Shown here: positions 1 through 13,244 of the stretch, in pieces | Layout: the number at the start of each line of letters is the position of its first letter | Numbering within the stretch: the stretch's first letter is position 1 | NCBI GenBank assembly: GCA_013265495.1 | Contig: MU058009.1 | Span: forward strand, 1,738,001-1,798,000 | Length of the DNA stretch: 60,000 nt | Direction of reading: 5' to 3' | Origin: Vicugna vicugna | Lineage: Eukaryota | Made by a program: the position numbers and the translations under genes | The notes under the pieces: generated by a model | The model's input: the letters and a program-made list of their open reading frames with translations, nothing else | What the model was told of the DNA's origin: nothing | Databases searched by the model: none

Positions 1-1562
1 GAATCACAGGGAGACATTAGGGACAAAGCTGCCCACTCCCTCTGGAGCTGCCTGCATTTCACAGAGTGAGGGAATTCAGGCCCGGGCTGCCGGAGATGGA
101 TGGTGCACGTGAAGCCGGGCAGGCTGAGACCAGAACGGGAGCCGGTGGGGAGACAGCAGAGGCCTTCTGAGTGCACCCAGACTCCACCAGACTGGCCCTA
201 ATGGTTCTGCTGGAAGGGAGCCCCTTTTGATAAAGGTGAACTTTGGAGGCTGAGACGAGGCATGAGGTCGGGGCTGGGCAGGGGGAGACGGAGCAAAGAG
301 ATCTTACCAGCACACCCCTGGGAAGTCTTGCAAACAGGGAGAGGTGACAGGCAATGGAGCTGAGTGAATTCCACCCTCAGTTACAGTCTGGTCACTGAAA
401 GACCCCTGGACTTAAATCAAAGGAGCTACAACCCCCACAAAGGCCCTCTAGTGCCTGGGCAGCCCTCTGTCCCCTGTAAAACTCCGATGTGCAATGATCA
501 CCAGAGATGGGTGAAGCGGACTCCGTGGTATCTCCAATTGGAGATGCTCAGAAAATGTTTGCCCAGTGACTTCCAGAAGCTGTGGGATTGGAAGCATTTT
601 ATTTAGAGCAGGGTCACTCAGCTTACGTCCGGGAGGAGAGAGATATAGCAAACGCTGGACTGGACTCTGTTTATGGGACAAAAGACAATTTTCCAAGCAG
701 CTGACAGCAGAGGCCGGCATCGGGCTCAGATGCGGGAGAGTGGATATGGCAGTGCCCCGGTGGGCATAGCTGGTGTTCCAAAGCCTCTAGACACTTGGCC
801 TTTCCTGTTGAAAGCTTCAAGGGAAGCCCCCCAATTTGGAACCTTAGACCTGGCAAATAAGCAAAGAGAAAAGTGGTCCCAGTTATTTTCTCGGACTCCC
901 ACTCTCTCTGACGTGTTAGCATTAACCCTGCTAGCATTAACCAAAAGCAAACATCTGTCTTACTCTCTCGGTCGTCAGCCGGGCTGAGACGTCGTCCCTG
1001 ACTGCAGACACCTCTCACGTGGATACTGTCTCCAGAGGGCTGTGTGTGTGTGTGTGTGTTTTAAGGTAGCTTTATCACTTCCTTTCTAAAGTACTTGGAG
1101 CAAGGAAAAGAAACAACACACAATCCAATAACCTTGACCGCTGAAAAGTCCTCTCCTTCCTTCAGGGGAGCAATTTCGTTTTTAAAGAGTTGTTTGTCAT
1201 AAAGACAGAACAGCTGAAACTTCAGCAGTTGGGATTTCAGCTTCGAATTTTTCTTTTCTTTTAGTCATGAGTGGTTTCAAATCGTGCTGAGGTCCTTTGG
1301 CCAAAACTTGGTGATTGCAGCTCAATGGCGCCCCCTGAAGGCCAACAGGGAGGAGTGCAGCAAAAGAAGACAAGGTGGGAAATCTGGAGGGGCCCGTCTC
1401 AGGCGGAGTCAGTAAAACCAAGGGGCTGCAACCCTCCCCAGCTCCGACACCACCCAGCCGGCTATGCGTATGCCCACGCAGTCCTTGGATTGAATTTCGG
1501 CAAAGACGAGTTAACCTCTCTGACTCCGTTTCCCTTTCATGGATGGAAAGTAATTTTTTTTT

Positions 1563-1765
1563 TTGCAAAGTATTATTTTTGGATTGCTTACTATTCGGCA
1601 GGCTCTGCTCGAAGTGCTTGGCATGTGTTAACCCATTTAATCCTCACAAAAGCCTATGATTTCTGTGCTGTTATTATCCACTGTATACAAATGAGGAAAC
1701 TGGGACACAGAGTGAGTTAGAAACCCTCACAACTGGTAACTGGTAGAACCAGGTTTGAACCTTGG
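1563..1765 (-). mobile_element. MIR
   Basis: catttaatcctcaca...atgaggaaactggg MIR core. Confidence 0.85.
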
Positions 1766-2024
1766 TGGCATGGTCGGGATCCTGGCCTCAGTCACACATC
1801 CCACTGCCTCCGAAACTTCCCGGTGGGGCCCCCGGAAGGTCTCCTGCATCACTCTGAGCCTGGCACGGAGTAAGTGCTTAGGGAACAGCAGATACCTTTT
1901 ATTAGGGTCGCTCTCCTGGTCAACCACTTCCATAGGCAAAAACGTTGTGACTTCTCCGGGCCTCCATGCCTTCATCTGGAGGATGGGTCCATGGAAATGT
2001 CCTCCCAGGCATCTTCAAGTGCGT

Positions 2025-2180
2025 GGTTTTGGTTTTTTTTTTTTCTTTTTTTCTCCTGGGGGCTGGGGGAGGGTAGTAATTAGGTTTATTTATTTATTTT
2101 TAAGAAGAGGTCCTGGGGACTGAGCCCAGGACCTCATGCATGCTAAGCATGCGCTCTGCCACTTAGCTATACCCTCCTCC
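2025..2180 (-). mobile_element. tRNA-derived SINE, camelid-type
   Basis: Reverse complement shows A-box (TAGCTAAGTGG), B-box-like region, AAATAAACCTAATTAC tail and poly-A. TSD tcaagt(g/a)cgt at 2015-2024 and 2181-2190. Confidence 0.85.
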
Positions 2181-2764
2181 TCAAGTACGTATTCTATGCT
2201 AAGCTAAGAATCTCATAGAAGCTCCTAGATAAACCAGTCACTTCACCTCTCAGGACATCTCCTGATCAATGGCGGCTGGTGACCCTTAAGAACACCTCTG
2301 GCTTGGTGATATTTTAGGTCACTTCCAGTTGACCCCTGAGACGTAGAACACCATGGACCGCAGGCATGGACCTTCGGCTTCTCCCCGCAGCTCTGCCCTT
2401 GCTGAGGGGCCTCGGAGCCTGTGTAACGGGAAGGCTGGCTGGGAGTCCTCACGATGTGACGGGGAAGCAGGCTTGAAGGCAGAGAGGTGGTCTAGTGTTC
2501 TGTCCCTCCGGGCGCACTTGCCCACCCAGTGACACAGCTGGCCATCTCCGCCCCACACAGCTGGACACAGCAGCAGAGGGAGAACGCATGCGGGGTCCAC
2601 TCAGCTGGGCCAAGCTCCTCTTCCCGCCCTTAGGTGGGAGAGAGAGTCCAAAACAGGTTAGCACCCAGCGGCACACACACACACGTCCTACCATGCACAC
2701 AGAGGACCGGGAAAGGGAAATAACCGAGAGAATGCTCACTGCATTTTAAAACTTGATGAACTCC

Positions 2765-3228
2765 TGTGTGACTGGCTTATTTGACTCAGCACAATGCCCT
2801 CCAGGTTGGTCCGTGGTGTCATACGGCAGTATTTCCTTCTTTTTCAGGCCAAATAGTATTCCACCATATGTGTGTACACCATATCACTTTTTCTTTATCC
2901 ACTCATCTGTCAGTGGGCATTTGGGCTGCTGCCGTGTCTCGGCTACTGCAAAAGCGCTGCAGTGAGCACGGGATGCAGATATTTCAAGACCCTGCTTTCA
3001 GTTCTTTTGGATGAATGCCCAGAAGTAGAATGGTTGGATCATAGGGTGGTTCTATTTTTAATTTTTGAGGCCCTTCCATACTGTTTTCCACAGCAGCTGC
3101 ACCATTTTGCATTCCCACCAACAATGTACAAGGGTTCCAAGTTCTCCACATCCTCGCCAACACTTGCTGTCTTTTTGGTTTTTGCTGATAGCAGACAAAA
3201 CAGATGTGACGGGCTATCTCACTGTAGG
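2765..3228 (-). mobile_element. LINE-1 fragment (ORF2 C-terminus)
   Basis: Minus-strand translation includes LKIEPPYDPTILLLGIHPKELK, typical of the L1 ORF2 end. Confidence 0.9.
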
Positions 3229-3329
3229 GAAATAGATGAAAATGAAGTGCCAAATGAACGGATAAAGAAACAAGTGAACAGTACTTGGGCCATGGGAGCA
3301 CCACATCTAAATACGCTGTGTATGAATCC

Positions 3330-3494
3330 GGCGGGGGGAGGGTACAGCTCAGTGGTGGAGCACTTGATTAGCATGCACGAGGTCCTGGGTTCGACCCCCA
3401 GTACCTCCGTTAAAATAAATAAATATAAATAAATAAATAAACCTAATTACCTCCCCAAAGAGGATTTTTTTAAAAATTAAAAAAAAGTTGTAAT
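3330..3494 (+). mobile_element. tRNA-derived SINE, camelid-type
   Basis: GGGGAGGGTACAGCTCAGTGG...GGTTCGACCCC...AAATAAACCTAATTACC. TSD tgtgtatgaa at 3317 and 3495. Confidence 0.88.
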
Positions 3495-3614
3495 TGTGTA
3501 TGAAACCAAAACAGTAAAGTGTACACATTCTTGGTATTCTTATTGTTGACATTAACTTGTGACAACGGGAGAAAAATTCAGTCCAGGGAGAACTTCTCAG
3601 TTATCCCTGTGTCT

Positions 3615-3664
3615 CACACACACACACACACACGCACACACGCATGCACGCATGCACACACACG
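3615..3664 (+). repeat. Imperfect (CA)n microsatellite
   Basis: Seen directly. Confidence 0.9.
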
Positions 3665-4761
3665 TTGTTATAAAGAGAAACTCCTTCTCTGCATACTTTA
3701 TTTTAATGAAAAGGACAGGTGAGTTTAAGGCGGGGAGGGAAATAAGACCTCGTCTTCTCTGGGGAAGGGTCTCGAAGCATGCCTTCCAGTGGGAAGCCAA
3801 AATTAGCAGCCTTCCTTTGGAGAAAGGAGAGGTGCCGAGTTTCTCTCAGTGCAGCAGTCGGTGAGCACAGGCAGAGATTTCAAGGAAGCCGAGCTCAAGT
3901 CCCTCGCCAGACTGTGCCCCTTCTGGCAGCTTCCCTGACTGCAGAGCCGGGAATCTGTGTTCTGCGCCTGGAGAGACCCCTTCTGCTCAAATGCTGATGG
4001 TGCAGCACAGCCCATGCCACGTTCTCACAGGAGATGCTGGGGAAACAGGCGAAGGCTGGAATCCAGCCACCAGGCAGAGCCTGGTCTCAGGTGCTCGCCC
4101 GGGCAGACACCTGGGGGCTGCTCCTCCCTGCAGCCCTGGACTCTGGGCACCTCCTGCCGTCTGGGCACCTTGAGTACAGAGAAGGAAAAAGTCCATTTGG
4201 CAAAAAGGACCAAATGGATGGATTGTGCTACTCATCTGGAAAGCAGCATCATTGTCCTAAAACCGCCAGAACTGCTGAGCTGAGCCGAGCCCAGGGAATC
4301 CCCCAAAGCTGGGGGTCCCACCTGCTCCCACACGCCCCACGGAGGAAAGGGACAGCCTCTCAAGCTCCTGATACCAAGCGGGGCTCCGAGCCAGGTAATG
4401 TGATCCTTCCCGGGTCCCCACCCCGCAGCTTTCTCATAACCCTGGATGCCCGCAGCACATAGACTCAAAAGCTGCCAACAGTCCTCTTTCTGAGAAGGAG
4501 CAGGAAATGGGGGTCCCTGAGATCCTGGAGGGCCCCTCTTCAAACGCTCTTGCCAGACTAGAGGCGTCCAGTCATTAGGGAAGACCACAGCTGCAGAATC
4601 TGGGGGCCGTCACATTGAACCCCAGGTCTCCTCCACCTCCAGGGTCTAGTTCATCCCTCCACTCGCCTGTCTGGCCCCGTTCCCAGCATGCACTAGGCAC
4701 ACAAACACCATTTCCCGGGTGCACTGGGTTGACAGCAGGATTCCATCCTTTCCATCGCCAC

Positions 4762-4782
4762 CATCATCATCATCATCATCAT
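4762..4782 (+). repeat. (CAT)7 trinucleotide repeat
   Basis: Seen directly. Confidence 0.9.
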
Positions 4783-5412
4783 CGAAACAGCAGTGGCTCC
4801 CACAGCCCCCAGTGCCCCAGGTGCTGTGCTGCAGGTGGTCGCCTCCCCTCTTCCAGGGCAGAGGTGGCTGGATGACAGCAGTGCCCAGGAGAGCTGGGCT
4901 GCGCCCCAGGCCGGACCCCCCTGCTGCCTGCGCACAGGTGCGCTGCCACTCGGAGACACGTCCTCCTCATCCAGCCCCTCCGGGGTCTCCACCATCTCTA
5001 GAGTGGTCTCCAGAGTGGCCTCCTTCTTGGCCAGGGTGGATGATAGGCCAGGAACTTCCTCACCACTCACAAGCCAAGACCAAATACTGGTGGCATTTGG
5101 CAGAGTCCTTAGGCGTTTATGAGGCGTTCTGCTCAGCAGAGGTGAGCAGTGAAGGTGACACGTGTGGGTCTTGGTAGGCGTGTGACCGTGTGTTTGACTG
5201 AGCGGAGTGGGAGGGAGAGTCGGAGAGGAGTGAGCAGGAATTACAGTAACCAGGAAACCGTCCTGACTAGGCTCCTCGCCTCTCTCTTCTAAACTGCCTC
5301 ACAGCCACCACCTCCCCCCACCACGCCTGCCTTTCTGGACGACATCCAGAGAGGCCTCCCGCAGTCAGCTCCTCCCCGTCTGCGTCAAGTCCTGGGAAAG
5401 CTCGGAAATTGT

Positions 5413-6424
5413 AAGCAGCTCATACAACTTAATAATAAAAAAAACAAACAACCCAATCCAAAAATGGGCAGGAGACCTAAACAAGCAATTCTCCAGTGAA
5501 GACATACAAATGATCAATAGGCATATGAAAAAATGCTCGATATCACTAATTGTCAGAAAAATGCAAATCAAAACTACAATGAGGTATCACCTCATACCAG
5601 CCAGAATGGCCATCATTCAAAAGTCCATGAATGATAAATGCTGGAGAGGCTGTGAAGAAAAGGGAAGCCTCCTACACTGCTGGTGGGAATGTAGCTCGGT
5701 GCAGTCACTGTGGAGAACAGCACGGAGATTCCTCAAAAAACTGAAAACAGACTTACCATATGATCCAGCAATGCTACTCCTGGGCATATATCCAGAGGGA
5801 ACTTTAATTCAAAAAGACACCTGCACCCCAATGTTCACAGCAGCACTATTTACAATAGCCAAGACATGGAAGCAACCTAAATGTCCATATCAACAAATGA
5901 TTGGATAAAGAAGTTGTGGTATATTTATACGAAGGACTACTACACAGCCATAAAAAAGAATAAAATAGTGCCATTTGCAGCAACATGGACGGACCTGGAG
6001 ATCATCATTCTAAGCAAAGTAAGCCAGAAAGATAAAGAAAAATACCATATGATATCACTTATATGTGGAATCTTAAAAAAAGACAAATGAACTTATTTAC
6101 AAAACAGAAACAGACTCACAGACGTAGAAAACAAACTAATGGTTACCAGTGGGGAAAGCAGGTGGGAAGTGATAAATTGGGAGTTGGGGATTTGCAGATA
6201 CTCATTACTGTATATAAAATAGATAAACAACAGGTTTCTACTGTACAGCACAGGGAACTATATTCAATGTCTTGTAGAAACCTATAATGAAAAAGGATAT
6301 GGAAACAAAGATACGTATGTATCTCTATGACTGAATTGTTACACTGGACACTAGAAATGGACATAACATTGTAAACTGACTATACTTCAATAAATTTTTT
6401 TTAATTTTTTAAAATTAAAAAAAA
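5413..6424 (+). mobile_element. 5'-truncated LINE-1 (ORF2 C-terminal region, 3'UTR, poly-A)
   Basis: HMKKCSISL...HCWWEC...[14 protein letters not shown]...TWKQPKCP, a frameshift near 5888, then 3'UTR, AATAAA and an A-rich tail. Confidence 0.95.
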
Positions 6425-6999
6425 CAGAGAAACCTACATCTGAATTCCAGCTTCACCCTAATGGATGACCTTCCTGAGCCTCAGTTCACACCTATAAAGA
6501 AGTCTCTGTTCGGTGCTCTCAGATAGGCTAATATCTGTCGGGACAAGACACGGTTTGGACCGGATCAAGGCGTGCACGTCAGGTGAAGGGCTGGAGAGAC
6601 GGTGTGGGTAAAAGAGCAAGAGAACTTTGACAGTGCAGGAGAGGGGGTGTAGGTAAGAGCGGGGGTGAAGGGTGGACAGGGATTTTGCACATTTACAAGC
6701 CGAGGGGAGCAAGCAACGGAGAGGGAGCTGCTAAGACACAGGAAAAGAAAGTCATGCCTCTTGGAAGATCCAGGGAGAGCCAGGGGGACGTGGAGCCAGG
6801 CGGAGTCGGAGGAACCGGCCCTGCCCTGCGGAAGTCTAACCCGCTTCTGCTCGGAGCTGGGCAGGGCGCAAGCGTCGGGGCAGCAAGGCGCAGAGGCGCA
6901 GCGGGTAAGCAGCCGGTGGCACGTGGGAAGGATCATTTCTGGTCGGCGCCCCTCTCTTCTGTGAGCACCAGGGTCTAGAATATTCAAAGGGAGCTTGTA

Positions 7000-7111
7000 G
7001 GGGAGGGAACAGCTCAGTGGTCCTGGGATTCCGCATGAGGTCCTCGGTTCAGTCTCCAGCGCTTCCATTAAAATACATGAATAAACCTAATTACTCCCAA
7101 AAAAATAAAAT
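7000..7111 (+). mobile_element. tRNA-derived SINE, camelid-type, internally altered
   Basis: Same head and tail as the other copies. TSD aaagggagctt at 6986 and 7112. Confidence 0.85.
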
Positions 7112-9744
7112 AAAGGGAGCTTACAGTGAGAATGGAGAAGGCTTGAAGCAGGAGGGAGGGTCCTGGAAGAGAGAGGACCCCAGAGCAGTGAAAGAGCTGA
7201 CTGGAAGCTCTGAGTCCAGCTGAGCGACTTTGAGATATAAAATTGGAGTCTTATTTTTCAAATGTCCTTAAAAAAAAGAAGGGGCTTTAGAGGATGAAAA
7301 GTTAGACTGTGGATCCCTGAGGCTGCCCTGGCAAGCGTGGGGAGTGGACATGAGACGGGGAGGCTGCGAGGAGACAGAGAAAGGACATTGGCCGAGCGGT
7401 GAAGAGAGGCCTTCATGCAATAAACGAGTCGTGGGGATGAGCAGCTGGGCGAACGCAGCTGACCCCAAACACCTGAGGTCTGGTCCCAAATTATTTTGGA
7501 TCCCAAACTGACCTAGGACTAGAGACAGAATTCGGCCCAGCGTCAGGAAAGCACAGAGACCATCATCACAGAGGCCTCTCAGGCAATGTCCTCCCATCTG
7601 CTGCTGCTGTCCTTTAGACTCTGTCCTGGAGGAGCGAGCTCCTTGTTGGGAGCAGTGGGGAGGGACCAGGGCCACAACCCGGCCAGCCAGGTGCCCAGGG
7701 TGCCAGGCGGGAACACTCACTGTCGTGACGGGCGGTCCTGTCAGCGTGCCGGCTTCCCTGCAAGATGAGCGTCCACAGCCCATCGGGGCTCCGCGGTGCA
7801 GAAAGAATAAAGCAAACACGCCGCCCGGCTTGGGACTCACAGGCTAACACTAGCAATCTGGTAGGAACGGGCATAAAAGACAAATAAACTCTAAAATGAG
7901 AAACAGAATCAGCAAGGCACACACACGCCCCGCTCTGGCCAGCGGAAAGTGCGGTGAACCCAGACCACCCGTGTGGTTTCCAGCGTCCGCAAACAAGGGG
8001 CCCGGCGAGGGCCACCCCATCAGCACGGGCTCTAGGATTTGCTCCCAGCACCGAGCACTAGCATCTGACCATCTCCCACGTGCCAGACGCCACAACACAT
8101 CCTGGTCCTTCCTTTCCGGAAGTTTGCAGGTTGGTAGCTCGGCCCCGGGGCAGCCCAGGAGCCGGGGGTGGCAGGCCGGACTGGGAAGAGCGGACCAGGG
8201 CCCTCCGCCTGGCGGCCACGTCCTTTGCCTCCACATCCGAGGCCACCGCCAACCAGGAGGAGGGGGCCCGCAGAGACCTCGAAGCCCTGCCTGCCCTCCT
8301 CCCCACCTGTCTCCGTGAATTAGAAGCCTCTGAAAGGCCAAAGTAAACAAAGAACAGCGCTGAGCTGTCCCTGACCTGAGAACCCAGGGGGCTTCTGAGG
8401 GTCCCCTGGCCGCCCCGCCCCTGGGAGGCCCACGGGCAGCCAGGAATCTCACCCCCCAGGGACCAGAAGCAACAGGCCCCCCAGCCAGAAATTCCTTTCC
8501 TTCTCCCCTCCCTGCCCGCTGGTTACTCCTTCCTTGTCTCCCTCCCTCTCTCACGGGGCCTGGCAGGGGACCCCCTGGGAAACGGGGCCTGCTGGCAACC
8601 TCAGGAGGATGACATGATGACACGTGGGCCACGAAAGTCCACAAGGTTCTCTCGTAAAAGTCTCTGGTGTCTCAAGGGGAGCGGACCAAAGGCGGACGCC
8701 ACCCGCAGGCGCGCCGCTGCTCGCTGTGGGTACCTCTGGGCCTTGAATCTGTCTGCTCCCCAGGCTCCTCTCTCCCACCAAAGGAGGAAGCCCAGGGGGG
8801 CCGAGGTGGGCACGGGCCTTCCAGAGAGAAGGGGGGCTTTGGCAAATTACACTTTATTCAACTATTGTCCAGAGCCGAACAGAAAAGCCCGAGAAAAAAT
8901 AAAACGTGACTTACTGGGTTTTGGTTTCAATTAGCACGTTGACACTCTGTTCTCTGTTTGTCATGTTTTCACTGTGTTTGGTGAGTGTGTTGACACAGCC
9001 TTGGGCTGGGAGGAGAGGTCCTCGGCCAGCTTTCTGTTCCCTCCAAACACCCAGCTTGAAGGGAAATCCACAGCTCCCTGCAGACCTGTCCTCCCTCCCG
9101 GGGGCTGTGGGTTTAGCGTCCCCCTTTGTGACCCTTGCATTTGTAAGAAAACTCTGAGCACCACTGAGCTGATTTCCACACAGTGGAGATGCTTGCAAAG
9201 AGGTCATCCTGTGCTTTCTGATTTAACCCCCTCCCCCCAGGTGACGGGGCTGGTGTGGCCCACAGAGCCCTACCCCAGCCTCGCCCATCTCCTCGCCCAT
9301 CTCCCCGCCCCACCGCACTCCCGCAGGCACGCTACACCCCGCACTCAGGGGCTGCTCTCCTCCCGGACCACGCCAGGCTCTCCTACAGCTTCATCCGGAG
9401 TCCTTCCCCCACCAAGTCCACGCGGAAGAATCTTTGTTCGCCTTCAAGTTCCTGCTCAGATGCCCCGAGAAAAGGTCTCCGACCCCACCAGACAGAGTAC
9501 GGTGTGCCTCCCGCGGTCCTGGCGCGTCTCACTGGGCAGGGTGATTACAGGCTTGCTCTGTCCGTCCCGCTGCGCGCGGCTCCTCAAGGGAAGGGCTCAG
9601 CCTCGCATCCCCAGGCGGGAGGCAGCATTGCCTGCCTGTGGGAGGTGCTCACAACTCCTCTTGTTCAACGTCGGGGGTGAAGGAGGGCAGAGTCACAGAG
9701 ACAGGGAGACGAAGGAAGAGAGAGACTTGTCTTTCTCTTTCTGA

Positions 9745-10090
9745 CTCACTCTTACGTGGAATCTGAAAACAAAAAGATAAAAATGAACTTATTTACAAAA
9801 CAGAAAGAGACTCACAGACACAGAAAACAAACTTACAGTCACCAAAAGGGAAGAGGGGAGGGATAAATTAGGAAATCTGGATTAACAAATATAAATTACC
9901 ATACATAAAATAGATAAACAACAAGGTCCTACTGTACAGCACAAGGAACTACATTCAATATCTTATAATAGCCTATAATGAAAAAGAATCTGAAAAAGAA
10001 TAAACTAAATCACTTAATCATACACCAGAAACTAACACAGCATTGTAAATCGACTAAACTTCCATAAAAATTAAAATCAAAAATTAAAAG
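9745..10090 (+). mobile_element. LINE-1 3'UTR fragment
   Basis: Colinear with 6055-6420 (e.g. atgaacttatttacaaaacagaaa, taaaatagataaacaaca) and ends in an A-rich tail. Confidence 0.9.
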
Positions 10091-11254
10091 ACGGGAAGAA
10101 AGAAAAGAAAGAAGGAAGGGGAGGAGGGAGGGGGGAGACTGAGCACCCTATTCTTAGAGTCTCAAAGCTGGTGCCAACCAAACCTCTGCTGGGACAGACA
10201 CCTGTGTCCCTCGGTAATGTCCCCTACCCTCCAGATTCCTTAGCTGCTGTAAGAATCACAAGTTCTGGGTCTCCTGCCTTCAGGGGCGGGGACAGCAGAG
10301 AAGCGAATTCACACTGTGGTATCAGTGACTAATATTTATCTCTTCTTATTTAATATTTGAAATGTCAATAGTCTCTATTGCCTTGACCTCGGTGAGCGAG
10401 GGTGATGGAATGTCAACTCCTCCGCCAGGGGCATTGTTTGTGGGGCAGAAGGGAGATGCTGAGTTTTGGAATTAACCTGCAGATTTTATTCAGCTCGAAT
10501 GCTGACACCCAAATAACTGCCCGTCCAACACTGAAGTCACCCAAGAAGGCCCCTGCCCTGAAGAGACGCCCATGAACTCAAGGTCTCTGAAATCCTCCTC
10601 TGGAATCTACAGAGGAAGTCTGAGCATTTGGGGCGAGTGGGGAGTGGAGCAGAGAGACTAGGGGAAAGAAGGAAGGAAGCAAGAAAAGAAAGGGAGGGAG
10701 AAACTAGGGCCTTGGGGAGCATTTGGCACAGTTGGACTCTTGGTGCGCCCGCCTCGTCCACGAGCCGAGAGCCTTTACAGGATGTGTTGGTCCTGATGGA
10801 AACAGGAAACTTAGGGGAAGTGCCCGGAAGAGGAAAAAGTGTTTCAGAAAATAATCAACACTCTGCAGGCCCAGAGATGGTACTGGGCTGGGCACGAGCT
10901 AAGTAAGATAAACAGGACACCAAATGATCTTCAGAAAGGGGCCAGTGGCTTACATGCATTTTCTTCCATAGGGAATACTTCAGAAAGCAACTTTATTCTT
11001 GATTTTGGATAATTGAAGACATGCAGATTTTTTGGCTTTAATTTTTATGTCAAGGTAGCCAACAGTGCAGTTGAAAGCAGAATGCATTTCTTCCAAACCA
11101 CTGCAGCTCAGAATTCCGCACAATCACTACTCCTCCCCTCTCCCCACCAGACCCTTCCCATCAACAATGAAGCACGTTCAAGTCTCTGTAGTCCTTGAAA
11201 TATATTTGTATATGTTTTCAACCCCACATCTCCTTCTACCCTGGTGATTGTCAG

Positions 11255-11418
11255 TCTTGGTTGTGTGTTAGGATCACCTGGGAGCTATAAAATTTCTCAG
11301 TGCTTGGGGCTAACTCCCGGAGATTCTGTCTTAATTGGTCTGGAGAGTGGCCTGGGCTTTGGGATTCTTTAAAGCACGTCACATAATTCTAGTGTACAGA
11401 CAGGGTTGAGAACAGTAT
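11255..11418. mobile_element. MER5-like hAT-Charlie MITE
   Basis: gatcacctgggagct...agattctgtcttaattggtctgg...cagggttgagaac. Confidence 0.75.
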
Positions 11419-11429
11419 GAGCCCTAACC

Positions 11430-12812
11430 CTCCGCTCCCCTTCTCAGCAAAATTCCTGGAAGTTTTTCACAAAACCTGTTCCATTCCCTTTTCTCCTAAC
11501 CTCTCCTCAAACCACAACAACCCATCACTTCTCTAAAATAATTCTTGCTAAGGTCACCAGAAGCCCCAGTGCCATTAAATCCCACAGGTGCTTTCCAGCC
11601 CTCATCTCTGCTGCTCCAGGTAACAGCTCTGCCCCTGCGTTTTGATGCCCTCTCTTCCTTTAAATGCTGAGACCCCACACTCCTCAGCTTTTCCTCTGAC
11701 TTCTCTGCTGCTCCTTTCAGTAGCCTTTGAATGTCCATCCTCTCTGCCCAGCTCCCGAAGCCCTGGGCTGGGCCGTTTGTGAGCAGGAATCCCACTCATT
11801 TCCTCCTTCATGGGGGACAGTCTCCCTCATGCCCGTGACTGCAGTTTCCATCTGTCTTTGAGGGTTTACCAATTTGCTTCTCAAGTCTGGACCTTTCCAG
11901 AGTGCCCTCTTCTACGTGACATCTCTCATGGCCTCAGGTTGTCCCGGGCGGACACCATACTTGTGACCGTCTCTCTGTGCCCCAAGCTCCAACCCTGGGC
12001 ACAAAGCCAGAGGCCAAGATTCCTCCTGACAGCTCCCTCCCTCACTCCCCACATCCAGCCTATCACCAAGTGCCAGTCCTTGCACTTCCTCAGATCTCCT
12101 CTCCACCCACTTCTCCTCCACCCCCATGACCACCACCCCGAACCAGCTGCCCATCTCCCTCAGCGACTGCAGGACCCACCCAGGCCCTACCCTGCCATCC
12201 ATCGTCACTTCAAGGGAGCTTTGCAGGCCACAGATCTGTGTGATCAGCTCCCCACCAAAACGCAGTGATGACGTACCATTTATCTTAAGAGAAAAGAGGG
12301 GAAATGAAAAATAATCAAGAGAAAAAAGAAGGTTCTTCCTGGTCTGGTCACTGCCCTCCCCTTCACTCCCTGCGTTCCGATCATGGTGCCCCTCCAGCTC
12401 CTCAGGTGTGCTGAGCTGCCTCTTGACGCGCGGCCTTTGTGCATTCCTTTCCCTCTGCAGAGAAGGATCTCCCTTACCCCACACCATTCCCCGCGCTCAG
12501 CTAACATCTTCTCATTTTTGCTTACCCAACTCAAACATGATTTCTGTGTGGAACCCTTCCCTTCCCTCTACACCCCTCCCTCCCTGTGTGCCTGCGGGTC
12601 GTGAGGTATTCCACACCATCCTAACATCATACACCTTTCCTTTCCTTTAATGTAAGCATCACTGTGTAATCATGAGTTCATTTTTGTGGGTTTCTGACTG
12701 ACGTGGGCCTTCTGTGACTCTGCCCCTGAGGGCAGAGACTGGCATTGATTCTAACTCATCTTCCTCAGAACCCATCACTGGCATGTAGTAAGTGCTCAGG
12801 AAATGTTTGCTT
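11430..12812 (+). mobile_element. LINE-2 fragment with 3' end
   Basis: Pyrimidine-rich L2-like body (cttgctaaggtcacc) and terminus gagggcagagact...tggcatgtagtaagtgctcaggaaatgtttg. Confidence 0.75.
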
Positions 12813-13244
12813 AATCAAAACTAAATCTAAAAACTATTTTGTGTAACACAAGGGATAAAAAATGAAACGGTCAGAAATTACAAAGGAAATACACAAAACA
12901 TAAGCCTAAACAATGTTACGTTCAATCACACTAGCTTTGAAAACAAGTATAAGGGATTTAAACATGCTGCCACTTCAAGCCTTTTTTTCAGGGATTACAC
13001 AGGGACTTATAGACTTTCATACAATACAATGTTTAGGAAAAAGTCAGGATGTAAAGTTTTGTATAATAAAATCCTAATTTCGACCTCCTCTTCAATAAAA
13101 ACCAAAAAGGAGGCTTTAAAGTGTTAAAAGCAGATATTTTGGGCAGTAGAATTTTATCTGACTTTTATTTTCTTCTTTATATTTCTCAGATTTTTCTAAG
13201 TTACTTGTAAGAGAAACATATTAATCAGAAAAAAATCTCTTGGT

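Noticed and set aside
4615..5177. ORFs with poly-His/Ser/Met
   Set aside because: These are the different frames of a (CAT)n repeat.
7850..9744. 264-aa and 256-aa ORFs in GC-rich DNA
   Set aside because: Low-complexity P/G/R/A composition, non-ATG starts, no homology or exon structure recognised.
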